Below are positions 1 to 10,684 of a stretch of 32,798 bases of DNA, piece after piece. The number at the start of each line of letters is the position of its first letter. The first letter of the stretch is position 1. Origin of the DNA: Paraglomus brasilianum (Eukaryota); NCBI GenBank assembly GCA_910592345.1, contig CAJVPI010000370.1:1-32798 (forward strand), in the 5' to 3' direction. The notes beneath the pieces were generated by a model. The model saw nothing but the letters and a program-made list of their open reading frames with translations, was not told where the DNA came from and did no database searches. Both the position numbers and the translations under genes were made by a program.

Positions 1-2009
1 TACCCAATGAAATATGATGGCTTGTGTGGCTCATAATCACGGGTCTGCCGATTATTTTCGGCACCACTAAGTTATTACAGCAAACCTGTAATGAAAGCAT
101 TAAAAAACGAACTACGTTCTTGCGCTTATTTATGGTGTAACACTAGTAAAGTAGCTCCTGATTGTCAAATTCCTAATAGGGACATTCATTGAGTCACAAG
201 ATTCCGATTTAAGCTGATAACTTCGATCAGTTTGCTCTTAAATTCTGACCAGAATTAAATTGCCGCATGAAATGCCCACATTGGCGTTAATACAATCGCA
301 AGTTACGGCACATGATCAATCACATCAATTATAAGTGGTCTATTCAATAAATTTACTCGCCTATTTTAACTCCATGCACACGCTGACATTATCGCTAAAC
401 AATTTACTACGCGAACTATACAGCTGGCTGGACCTGCTATGTTATATGATGTGCATACTGTATTTTCGACACCACAGTCACAATGACGAATGAAATGCTT
501 TAAATAATTAACAAAATAACACAGCATACTCACCCAATTTGCATAACATCAATGCTTGCATACTAAACAAATAATTTACGCGTGGTGGAAATATCCACAA
601 GTTTCTAATTAATTTGTATAAATCCAATAGAAAAGGCGTTTGATAATTCATCGAGAAGGAAGAGAACAATAAATCTGCTTATTCTGGACTTTTTCTTTTT
701 GCCCACCAATGTATATACATTGCCCTACCTATACCAAAAGTACGCAATCTGCAATATAAAAAGGTATATCTAATGCAAGCTGGCGCTTTGACTTTAGCTA
801 GATCCTGATTTACAGCGAGCAACAGGGTTCTGAGTATTCGCATAAAGCGGTCAAACTCAATACCGTAACAGGTAAGTTACTGAGAGGCCATGACGTAATA
901 GAGATACAGAGATAAATGTAGTGATATTTTAGTACCATATATACGAAATGTTGATACATATGTATATGGTATACGAAGTTAGGCCTAAGGCCAAGCAGTA
1001 TTCGTTATGATGAGACGTTATTATAATAAAGTAGTTATACTAATCGAAATGAATCTGTTCGAGTTTTGTTTTTGCTTTGCAATATTATGCATTCCACATT
1101 TCTCTTCACCTTGTTGAATGCGACTACTGCATCTTTAGTAAAGATGGTAGGAAGAGATTTCGAGCTACTTTAATCGTCGCCTTCTTTCTCTGCAAAGAAA
1201 CAATATCATCGTCTATTACCATTCCCAATCATACGGTAGGATTGACTGAAAATCATGTTACAGCCAATGTAAAAAATTTTGCGGTAACGGTGTAACGATT
1301 TTACTATTAACCTCGTTATAATTTTACTGTTTAAAAAACGGGAACCTTGTGTTCGCGCATCATGCGATCAATTTCACAAAACACTGTGATAATAAAAACT
1401 GATCGAGACAATCACAGATACTTTAAGATCTACTTATAATTGATTATGTTTACAGCAATACACACAAGGTTTCTCCTATAATTATCATATGATAGTAATT
1501 TATGCTAATCTCTTAAATATATTGTCATTACTCTTTTTCCCACCTGCGTCACAAATATGGGCGTTCGAGTACTTTTTTATAAGGACATCCCGTATCACAA
1601 TATCTTTGTACTACACTGTTCCCTTGGTTCATGACATCGCCATGTACATCAACCAGTCCATTTATGGTAAGCGGGACAACAAGCTTAGATTAATGTTAAT
1701 ATAAAAAGGAGGGTTGTCCACCAAAGTAGGACCATATTCAATATGGAAAGTTCCGAAGAAAGCCGTGCAATCAATCGAACAGAACAGCCAATACCCAATA
1801 TTGTTCATACTTTTTTCTTGTAACACCAGAATATTCTATCGAGGAAATTTCCATCATATTTACCCAGCATCTTGCTTATAGGATGACTTGGTGAAGAAGA
1901 ACGCAACGGATGTTCCACAGCTTTAGTAAACCATATATCAATTGCGATTGCCGTCAAATATTTAAATACCACTGACAGGTACAATTCTTCTGCACGGCAG
2001 CTGTAAATC

Positions 2010-3680
2010 ATGACAATGCAACTGCCTCTCACACGCTCACTTCCAACAACTTCAAGTTATTCTGCCCCCATTTCAATTGATAAATACCTTACGCGGGAAG
2101 GACACCATCTAGTCGTCAACTACCTCAAATTCAATCAAGTTCAAAAGGACATCCAACAAGGAAAACTAAATAACTTGGAGGAGAGGGATATAGATGATTT
2201 GCTGGGAAGTTACAAGGGAGTGCCGACACGCTGCTTCAACAGTCTCAACTACGATAATCTTAGTCTGACACGAACCGAGCTAAAGTTACTTGCAAAATTA
2301 TTAAAGGCGGATAAAATATCAAATGTACGCATCCTGCGTATATGCAGAAACAATCTTCATGGCGGTGTTCTTAAGACAGTTATCAATGCCTTGAGCAACA
2401 ATAAAACCGTAGAGGTGCTGGATTTATCCTTCAATGCAATAGGCGATGCCGACGCCAAGGATTTTTCTCGTTTACTAAAGAAGAATAAGGTCATCCGCGA
2501 AGTAGCAATCGGTCATAATAGGATAACAGCCAAAGGAGCTCAATCGATAGCAAAAGCTTTGAAAGCAAACAACTCACTTGTTCGACTGAATATTGAAGCC
2601 AACAGCCTCGGCACTGCTGGTGCCACCGCGATTGCCGATATTATTGCTTATAACAAGAGTCTGAAATTTCTCCATATTGGCGGTAATAACATTCAAGCCG
2701 GAGGAATGGCCGTCATAAGTGAAGCATTGAAAGACAACAAGAGACTATGTAGTCTCAGTCTTGATTGTAATAATCTCCTATCGGAGGGTGCATTCCATTT
2801 GGGAGAAGCATTGAAAGTAAATAATACTCTAACGCATCTTTATATTCCTCGTAATGATATTGGTGATGACGGACTACGACACTTGAGTGTAGCTATGCTT
2901 TCTAACAAATCACTCATATATATTGATTTGGAGTTGAATAGTATCGGGAAAAATGGCAATGTGCTTGGAGTGAAAGCGCTGGCCGACTTGCTCGATCGAC
3001 ACACTGTTCCCCGTGCTATAAACCTCAAGCTCAATTCAATTGGAGACAGGGCATGTCAGTCTCTTGCCAGTGGGCTATATCGAAACATGACTCTGGAATC
3101 GATTATTCTATCTAGCTGTGACATCGGACTCGAAGGAATACGTGCCCTATGTGATTCATTAAAGGAGAATAGAGGGTTGCAGAATATCAACTTGAATAGA
3201 AACTCGGTCATAGGTGTCGATGGTCATCAGGCTGTGGCAGACGCACTTGAGAAAAATACAATGTTAAAGGGAGTCCAGTTAGATTACGATTTTGAAGAGT
3301 GGGAGCGCATCAGCGAATCCATTGACAAGTCACTTTTGAGGAATCACCTCCTTCAGGCAGAGAAGTATTCTACGGCTTGTAGGCTATTAGTTGTATCGAG
3401 GCTTGTCATACACGCGACAGGAAAATTGAGATCGAATAGAGTAACTGAATTTTTAGATTTACCATTTGAACTGAAGAGGAAAATAATTTATGCGTTAGAC
3501 ACGACGAAGGTACTGACGAATGATCATTGTAAAACGATTCTCAGATTAGGCGGTCGTAGAGACAATTTCAATATCAGCAAGGAGAGCTTCTTAACAACGG
3601 TATTCAATGTCTATTATCCTAATAATCTGGATATTGCGTTATGGCCTACCAAGGCGTCTGACACGTTTGTGAGAGTTTAA
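2010..3680 (+). CDS. RNI-like leucine-rich repeat protein (556 aa, single exon) with C-terminal F-box-like motif
   Basis: Uninterrupted ORF with about 12 tandem ~28-aa RI-type LRRs (e.g. ALKANNSLVRLNIEANSLGTAGATAIAD, ALKVNNTLTHLYIPRNDIGDDGLRHLS); FLDLPFELKRKIIYAL near the C terminus. Confidence 0.88.
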   Translation: MTMQLPLTRSLPTTSSYSAPISIDKYLTREGHHLVVNYLKFNQVQKDIQQGKLNNLEERDIDDLLGSYKGVPTRCFNSLNYDNLSLTRTELKLLAKLLKADKISNVRILRICRNNLHGGVLKTVINALSNNKTVEVLDLSFNAIGDADAKDFSRLLKKNKVIREVAIGHNRITAKGAQSIAKALKANNSLVRLNIEANSLGTAGATAIADIIAYNKSLKFLHIGGNNIQAGGMAVISEALKDNKRLCSLSLDCNNLLSEGAFHLGEALKVNNTLTHLYIPRNDIGDDGLRHLSVAMLSNKSLIYIDLELNSIGKNGNVLGVKALADLLDRHTVPRAINLKLNSIGDRACQSLASGLYRNMTLESIILSSCDIGLEGIRALCDSLKENRGLQNINLNRNSVIGVDGHQAVADALEKNTMLKGVQLDYDFEEWERISESIDKSLLRNHLLQAEKYSTACRLLVVSRLVIHATGKLRSNRVTEFLDLPFELKRKIIYALDTTKVLTNDHCKTILRLGGRRDNFNISKESFLTTVFNVYYPNNLDIALWPTKASDTFVRV

Positions 3681-4348
3681 TTTCCCATTACCAAATGTAT
3701 CAGCGAACATTCGTCGTGTCACTTATTATGTGAGTTAAATACTACATAATTGTATATACACTGAGATGCTTGTATTTAAAGGGGAGTCTCTTGTATTTAT
3801 TGGGGGTGGGAAGAGGGAGTAGGGCATTTTAGCGAATGTTCTTTGAAAAAATAAATTAGTAACCAGTAGATTTTATTATGTATTATGTATTAACTAAAGA
3901 ACATTTAGGGTTAGTTCATTGTCTTTTCTTTCAGTAAATAAAAAAAAAAAAATCAAATTAAAGAATGGTCGGTTCCTTCTGCTGGATTAAAAGATAACTA
4001 TCACTATGATACTGTCCACAGAATTAATCACGAATGTCTGTGGAAAATATAATGCCCATTCATTCATCAGCATTGTCTAGGAATCAAATTCTAGAAAGTT
4101 TGGTAGATAATCCATAATCGATTTTAAAGCACTCGCCACTGCCTCATTATCATTGTTACCGAAGTTAGGAGGGTTTAACTTGGTTCACTGCGTTCGGAAA
4201 CACATTTCGTGCCTTGTAGAAACAGTTGCACTTGTTAAAAGCATTCACTTTATGTTGTGCTAGACGCGTCGTGTTGTGTCCCGGCTCTCAAGGAACCGAA
4301 AATTCAAAATCAACAAAAACAACCTCCACTTTTTATTTCATAAACAAC

Positions 4349-5504
4349 TTAGCGATATCTTCTAAGAGATAGCGTATTTCTCCTAAGCCAACTAGCATGT
4401 CGACCACCACCCGTTGTCTTATTATAACGATGTCCTTTACCAATACCGCGATTCTTCTTGCCAATACTGGTAAGCCCACGAGCTTCACGATGCTTATGTT
4501 TGGCCGAGGCAATCCAATTGATGCGCGGATCACGTCTGATGGCTTTATGAGATGGATCGACTAGAATCACTTCGAAATACTTGTACGTCGAATCCTGCAG
4601 ATGACCCCCGGCAATACAGATTAGTGGATTTCAATTGCGTAATGACGACTTGACTTTGACAGCGGTACCTGATTGACCCAGTAAGAATTCAGTACACGCA
4701 TATTGGCACATCTGCGACCAACACGTTCTTCGGCAGTAGCCCTCAAGGAGCGTTGGTATTTAAGTTGATTAACACCTTGGTTAACGGGTTTACCATAGGT
4801 AGCACCTTTGGGCACCGGGCGCTTACGACCACCGCGACGTACTCGAATACGATAAATGACATATCCTTGCTTGGCCTTTATCAATAGAAAATTTAATTAG
4901 CAAAAACCGATGATATCAGCAGATTTTATTCCATGCATGTATCTAATCACACGTATATTCAATTCAATCAATTGATTGTTTGAACCCACCTTGTAGCCAA
5001 GTCGACGTGCCTTATCAGGTCTCGATGGACGCGATGCACGGTGGATAACATTTAACTGTCTAATAGTCCCCCACACCAAAAAGAAACATTTGATCCATCC
5101 CCATTCAGTCTTAGTTCATTGGTCATGAAATTGTTTAAATTCCATGCCTATATATTCTCCAATCTCTCGCACTCTCGCTAGTTCCGTATCATATAACAAG
5201 TAAACGACAACAGAACTTTGCGCAGAAATACGAGGAGATAAAGTGCATGGAGAAGGCGATCGGGGGAAAGGGATGAAGCACAAAAGTAAATTGATGCAAA
5301 GATACCTGTATTCCCAGCATCTTACACGATGCAAGAAGCGAAGGACATCAGATTGTTTTTTTTTGTATAGTTCCTCGAGGTACTTGTAAGCTGTATATAC
5401 GAAAGGAGAAAAGGGTCAGTTGAAGTAATATCGACCGATTAATATGTAGCATTATACCAAATACATAGGAGCCACAGGCTGAGAAGACATTACTTACCAC
5501 CCAT
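4349..5504 (-). CDS. RPL15: 60S ribosomal protein L15 (eL15); exons 5504-5498, 5390-5306, 5059-4990, 4875-4669, 4594-4349
   Basis: Spliced translation gives [84 protein letters not shown]...[21 protein letters not shown]...NTLSLRRYR, the conserved eL15 sequence. All four introns are GT-AG and phase-compatible. Confidence 0.98.
5060..5305 (-). other. Structured intron (RPL15 intron 2, 246 nt) forming a long nested stem-loop
   Basis: Six nested complementary segments read by eye on the transcribed strand, several relying on G-U pairs (see finding). Confidence 0.65.
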
Positions 5505-6080
5505 GGTTCCCTGTTCTAACGATTGTATCGAGTAGTTGGTAGTAAGCAATAAAACAATATTAGGTTTATAATTTGCATCTCAACAGAAAGTTCCTGATCG
5601 TTGTTAAAATCCCAATTCCAAAAAACTTTTTCAAGCTCTTAATAGAATCTGGCTTTAAATCCATCCGCCCATCTATCTATCCATCCATCCATCAAACGAT
5701 TGTATTTATCCCCAAATATATTTCCTCATTATTTTTTCGTCACTGTTCATTCTCCACACATACCTTGCCCGAATTCAAAAAGGAGGAACTCGTTGTTGTA
5801 ACCAACATTTACTTTGTAAACAAAATCATTTTGCACGTGATTAATAGGGTGCATAGATTTATTTGGGGGAGGTGTCTACATTAATATTAAAACCTATCAT
5901 TACTAAAATCCACATTAATATTAAACAAAGTCTAATTAATGACAATCGATAAATTTGGTCAACAGCTACTCCACTTGGATCATAACCTGTCATGAATGTA
6001 CGTACACCTGGATCCAGAGAAATCACTCCTGATCCTTCCTATTAAATTATTAAATATATAATTTATTTAAAAAAATTAGA

Positions 6081-6713
6081 TCAAAACCTTTTGAAATTTT
6101 TCAGCCCGTATTTCAAGTGGTCTGGGTATACAAAGATAATATCAGGGCGGTAAACCCACTCCACGAATTTTCTTTGTATCTTAATATTAATATACGCTTG
6201 AATCTTTTTACCAACCTCCCTTGTACACGTTTGAGCCTTCTGATTGCATTGCATTCCCATAACTCATAACGATGTAATAGTAATGTAAATGCATATTAAT
6301 CGTCATAATTATATCTAAAATTCGATTTTTGTTTAATTTTCGAATACTTTTCATAATTTACACAGTATTTATTTCCGGTACATGAAAATTTCCAATGTTT
6401 CTCCATCCCTATGGTTATAATTTCCTATATTCTTCTTTCTTTGTCCAGTATATACTAACTGATCACAAGAGAAACAGATTGCTATTCAGGAGCATATGAA
6501 CCGTCACCCGGAAATCGTATTAATTTCCTAGCTTCAAGATAACTTTTACTCTATCCGGTAAAAGATCATTTTCTCTGAAATACGTTAAACGGACCCAATT
6601 CGCTCTTTCCACTTTCCAGGAATTTCATTTGTGCGAACTTGCGGCATCTGACAATATTCGTACCATTCATCGTCAGTGCATTTAGAACCGCGTAGATCTT
6701 GAAGAGTAATCAT
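6081..6713 (-). pseudogene. Frameshifted relic of a hypothetical Cys/His-containing protein gene, probably mobile-element cargo
   Basis: Pieced across several frameshifts and stops: MITLQDLRGSKCTDDEWYEYCQMPQVRTNEIP...YFRENDLLP..SKSYLEARKLIRFP..SYAPE-IAICFSCDQLVYTGQRKKNIGNYNH-GMEKHWKFSCTGNKYC...LHRYELWECNAIRR...IQRKFVEWVYRPD. Protein-like but no intact ORF. Confidence 0.55.
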
Positions 6714-6874
6714 TTTATGCTCGCACTAGCTGACCTATTTGGTTATACTATAAATGTATTTGATAAATGTATTTCGTACGACAGACCATGTGTTTGGAGT
6801 ATTGCTCGTAAAGGCAAAATTGCTTTCTTGATAGGAGTAGTTACGTTGCCTCAATCTTGAATGTTGACTTTAAG

Positions 6875-7458
6875 TTACGAGCAATAGTCTGTACCGGTCC
6901 TGTTGGCAAAGTAACGATCAAATCTGTTTTCTGCCCAATAACGGGCACGATCATCGTTAGGATCTTGGTCGACTCTACGTCTTTCTTGACTCGCTACCAA
7001 TTGTTGCTCACACCTAAAATCAAAAAATCAAATGTTAAAATGAAATTAATATTAATAACATATAATCTGAACCTTTGAAACTTACCAAAGTTTGCGGAAC
7101 TTTTCTTCTCCGATGTTGTCGTTTTGTATTCGACAAAAAATCGCAGACATTTCTTCTTTAGTGCAAACGCGCACCTTCTACTTGACGTTTTTCTTGGTTA
7201 TTTCGCGTACAAATATTTTCTTCCGTTGACATTTCGGATCGCGCCCATCTGATTGCGTCACGATCGATTTTCGATTATGCGTTGTTGCGCAGTTTCTTCC
7301 GTAACGATACTTCTGTTGGATTTCGACAGAGTTTTAATATGGTCTTCAACAATTTGTCTTGAGAAAGAATGAGTATGTTCTTTGGATATTTGCAATTGCT
7401 TTTCCAAATGTCCTCCTAGTCTATTTATAACATTTGTGGATACTGCGATTTCGAACAA
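6875..7458 (-). pseudogene. Second decayed hypothetical gene with one recognisable intron (7085-7014)
   Basis: Fragments ...VTEETAQQRIIENR / DAIRWARSEMSTEENICTRNNQEKRQVE / VCTKEEMSAIFCRIQNDNIGEEKFRKLW, joined by a GTAAG...TTTTAG intron to CEQQLVASQERRRVDQDPNDDRARYWAENRFDRYF. Frameshifts separate the fragments. Confidence 0.45.
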
Positions 7459-8214
7459 TTGACCTTATACATGTTGTGTCTGAGTTTGGGACAAGACTCA
7501 GTCCAGAACTGAGACAGGTCCCCAACTGAGGTACAACATATAATACGGTTTATTTCTCAATACAGCAACAAAAGCAGCACAGTGGAAGTATATTTCACTT
7601 AGTCCTCGATAGAGAAATTATCAAACAATGACGATGCATACAATTTATTTTCAATGATGGTAGCACAAAGTAGGTCAATGTATCATCATACTTCAGGAAT
7701 TATCAAACAATGAAGGTAGGATTTGTATTATCATACGATTTTTCAATCATGGCACAACACAGCAATTGTCAAATAATGACGGCAGCGCAGGAAGTTTATC
7801 ACACAATACACGTATGTCTTTGATCATGACATAATAATAATCAGCAGATAGTCTTTCTTTAAAGCATCACTACTAAGAAGATTTAGATTTATCATCAATG
7901 TATCATTATTGTCGTTTGTATTTCCTTATAATAGTCCGTCGACAATAGCTTTATTAATAACAATCAGGTTAAGCTGGTTGTCCTAGAGAGGACGAATAAA
8001 AGCACAAATTATATGTATAAATCAGGTTTGGGGGCAAATGATATATAATTGCGTACCACAATGATATAAACAACAGCACGATTACTGTCAATTACCATTT
8101 ACGATACCTCCCCTATGTTGGGGGATGTAATAAATTATCTCCCTCCCCTACAGTGATTGCCAAACCTGATAGGGGAGGTAGCTGATAATAATAATAATAG
8201 ATCAATGTCCAAAT

Positions 8215-8725
8215 ACACAGTGAACCTCGTTATCGATATAGCAAATTCGGCTTATTGTAAATGATTTTCCTGGTCCCAAACCACGTCTATCATAATTAAT
8301 CTCGTTATAGTAAATTCCTCGTTGTTATAGTCACACTCCATCATATGAAAACCTTGATATAATCACCCACATTTCAAAAACCAACTACAGTCAACCCTCT
8401 CTATAGTCACACTGTCGGGAACAATGCAACTTTTGTTGAAAATGAGCTTATAAAGAGGTTGTGACTATATAGATATAGAGGGTTTTTCCTATAAGTTTAA
8501 TAATAATTGGTTCTCAAACATGATGTGCTTATAAAGAGGTTTTTATATGATGTGCTTATAGAGGGGGGTGACTATAAAGAGGGTTGAAAACGCCCTCTAT
8601 ATAATAATAAGCACAAAATTTTTATAGTCACATACATTTAAAACCAATTAATATAGAAGAGCTTATGAAAAAATACCTCTATATAAGCACAATTTGATAT
8701 AAAGTGAACCCTCTATATATGTACT
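8215..8725. mobile_element. Cluster of degenerate pogo/Tigger-like MITE fragments
   Basis: TACAGTCAACCCTCTCTATAGTCAC (8386-8410) has an inverted partner GTGACTATAAAGAGGGTTGA (8568-8587, 1 mismatch over 20 nt). Related CAGTGAACCTCGTTAT at ~8218; recurring GCTTATA(A/G)AGAGG subterminal motifs; 8460-8540 and 8620-8695 are diverged inverted copies. Confidence 0.55.
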
Positions 8726-8805
8726 TATTCCCAAGCTCGGGAATTAGGGAATTGATGCACACCCTCCATATTCTACATTGCACGGTTTTTTCGTTTCCCA
8801 CTATT

Positions 8806-8858
8806 ACTATATGACTTTCCCACTATATGAGTTTCACTATATGAGTTTCACTATATAT
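8806..8858. repeat. 14-bp tandem repeat (CACTATATGAGTTT) about 3.5 copies
   Basis: actatatgactttcc cactatatgagttt cactatatgagttt cactatat read directly. Confidence 0.8.
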
Positions 8859-9342
8859 GCACGCCCGTGATTTTCATGTGATTTGTACAATAATAGTGGT
8901 TTGAAAAAGACAGTGTTACATATAAATATTAATATGCGTTGTTATTATTATCGACTTCTAAGTGAATCATGATGCAGACATTATCCGTCCTTTGTCTTTA
9001 TGATAGAGAAACAGAAACACTATTTAACGTCTTTGTTAATAGTAAAAAGTTGCCTTTGTCATCATTAATACAAAGACTTGAATTAACTGAAATCGTTATT
9101 GACTTTGAGTACCAACATCGATGCGAATTTTATTGAAAATCTAAAACGTCTTTGTTGAAATGGATTTAAGCCATTTTTAATAAAGATGATCTTTGTCGTC
9201 ATTAACGCTGATAACTGAATCTTTATCGACTTTGTAATAGAGTCACGGTTTCGCGACGCGACATCAATGCATAAAAGAATAGTCGAATTTATTAAACACA
9301 TAAAACCTCTTTGTTAAACGGATACAACACTTGTCAAAGATA

Positions 9343-10684
9343 CACTACCTGGACAAAAGTCTTGCACACTGAAAAATTTTAATTACACAAAATTGCACAT
9401 AATAATTACATTTCAAAATTTAACAATTTATACTTTAACCAATGAAGTAACTATGTATAAATCAATATTTTGTTGGCCACCCATTGTTTGTAATAACAGC
9501 CTCTATTCTCCGTGGCATACTTTCTATCAAGGCCATTACTTGACTTTGTGAAATCTTGCCCCATTCTTCCTGTAATGCTGTCTCTAATTCTGCAACATTT
9601 GTTATTGCTTGTGATCTGCTTCTTATTCTTCTTTCTAGCTCTGCCCATAAATGCTCAATTGGATTCAAGTCAGGAGACTGACTTGGCCAATCTGGCAAGA
9701 CTTTGATTTCGTTCATTAAAATCCATTTTTTAACATCTTTAGCAGTATGGACTGGAGCATTATCATCTTGAAACCAATACCCTCTGCAATTAAATTCTTC
9801 CTTTATCAAGGGTAATAAATGCTTTTCAAGTATTTTTATGTAGTCAGATCTATTCATTTTACCATCTACTTTTACTAATGGCCCCAATCCTTTACCAGAA
9901 AAGCACCCCCACATCATTAATTCTCCACCTCCAAATTTTACTGTTGGAACCAAATTAGCAATATTAAATCTGGTACCAGGAGTTCTCCAAACACGACCTG
10001 AACTATCATTTTTAAATATTGTAAATCTGCTTTCATCACTCCATATGACAGATCGCCATTTTCGAACACTCCAATCTCTCCTTTCAGTACACCATTTCAG
10101 GCGTTGTTTTCTTTGCCGATCATTTAGGAGAGGTTTACGAGCTGGTATACGAGAAAAAAATCTGCATTTCGTGCAAATTTCTTCTAATAGTTTTTGTGGA
10201 AACTACAATATTAGTTTTTTCAACAAATTTGTTTTTAATTTCTTCAGCTGATTTCTTATTATTGTTTTTAACAATAGTCTTTAGAATTTTTTGACTTCCA
10301 TTGGTCAATAATTTTGGACGCCCAGATCGGGGACGGGTAGCAAGGTCATCTCCGTTAAGGTACTTATCAATAGTACGAGTAACAGTTGTTCTATGAGCTT
10401 TGAGCATTTTACTAATTTTTGGTACTAATTGCTTATTTTTGTAAATGCCAATAATTTCACCTCGTTGGCTTTCAGTTAAGGGATGCATTTTAAAATCAAT
10501 AAAGATTAGAAGTGCTTACGGATTTATTTATATATCCTGATGTGTGTTTACAAACAACACGAAAATTATACACGCGTTTGTTCAAAACCAAAACAACATT
10601 ATATTAAAATTTGAAATATAATTATTATGTGTAATTTTGTACAATTAAAATTTTTCGATGTGCAAGACTTTTGTCCAGGTAGTG
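9343..10684 (-). mobile_element. Full-length Tc1/mariner DNA transposon (1342 bp) with TA target-site duplication
   Basis: Perfect 26-bp terminal inverted repeats CACTACCTGGACAAAAGTCTTGCACA (9343-9368 / 10659-10684) extending imperfectly to ~80 bp. TA at 9341-9342 and 10685-10686. Internal transposase. Confidence 0.96.
9462..10488 (-). pseudogene. Tc1-family transposase (HTH + GRPK + DDE) broken by one extra T in a T7 run at ~10154-10160
   Basis: N-terminal ORF 10488-10135 (HTH, RSGRPKLL). Removing one T gives QIFSRIPARKPLL...VIWSDESRF...VPTVKFGGG..MMWGCF...FQDDNAPVH...WPSQSPDLNPIEHLW with no other stop. Confidence 0.9.

Noticed and set aside
1..2000. Small ORFs and a short hairpin at ~933-971
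   Set aside because: No coding signature or recognisable ncRNA motif; treated as intergenic.
5298..5305. RPL15 intron 2 donor GTATCTTT resembles the U12 donor GTATCCTT
   Set aside because: No TCCTTAAC-type branch site near the acceptor, so it was not called as a minor intron.
7486..7525. Imperfect hairpin, possible Helitron end
   Set aside because: No downstream CTRR terminus and the stem is interrupted.
8021..8180. Two overlapping 11-12 bp inverted repeats (ATCAGGTTTGG; TACCTCCCCTAT)
   Set aside because: Short, with no TSD or consistent element boundaries; possibly TE debris but not supportable.
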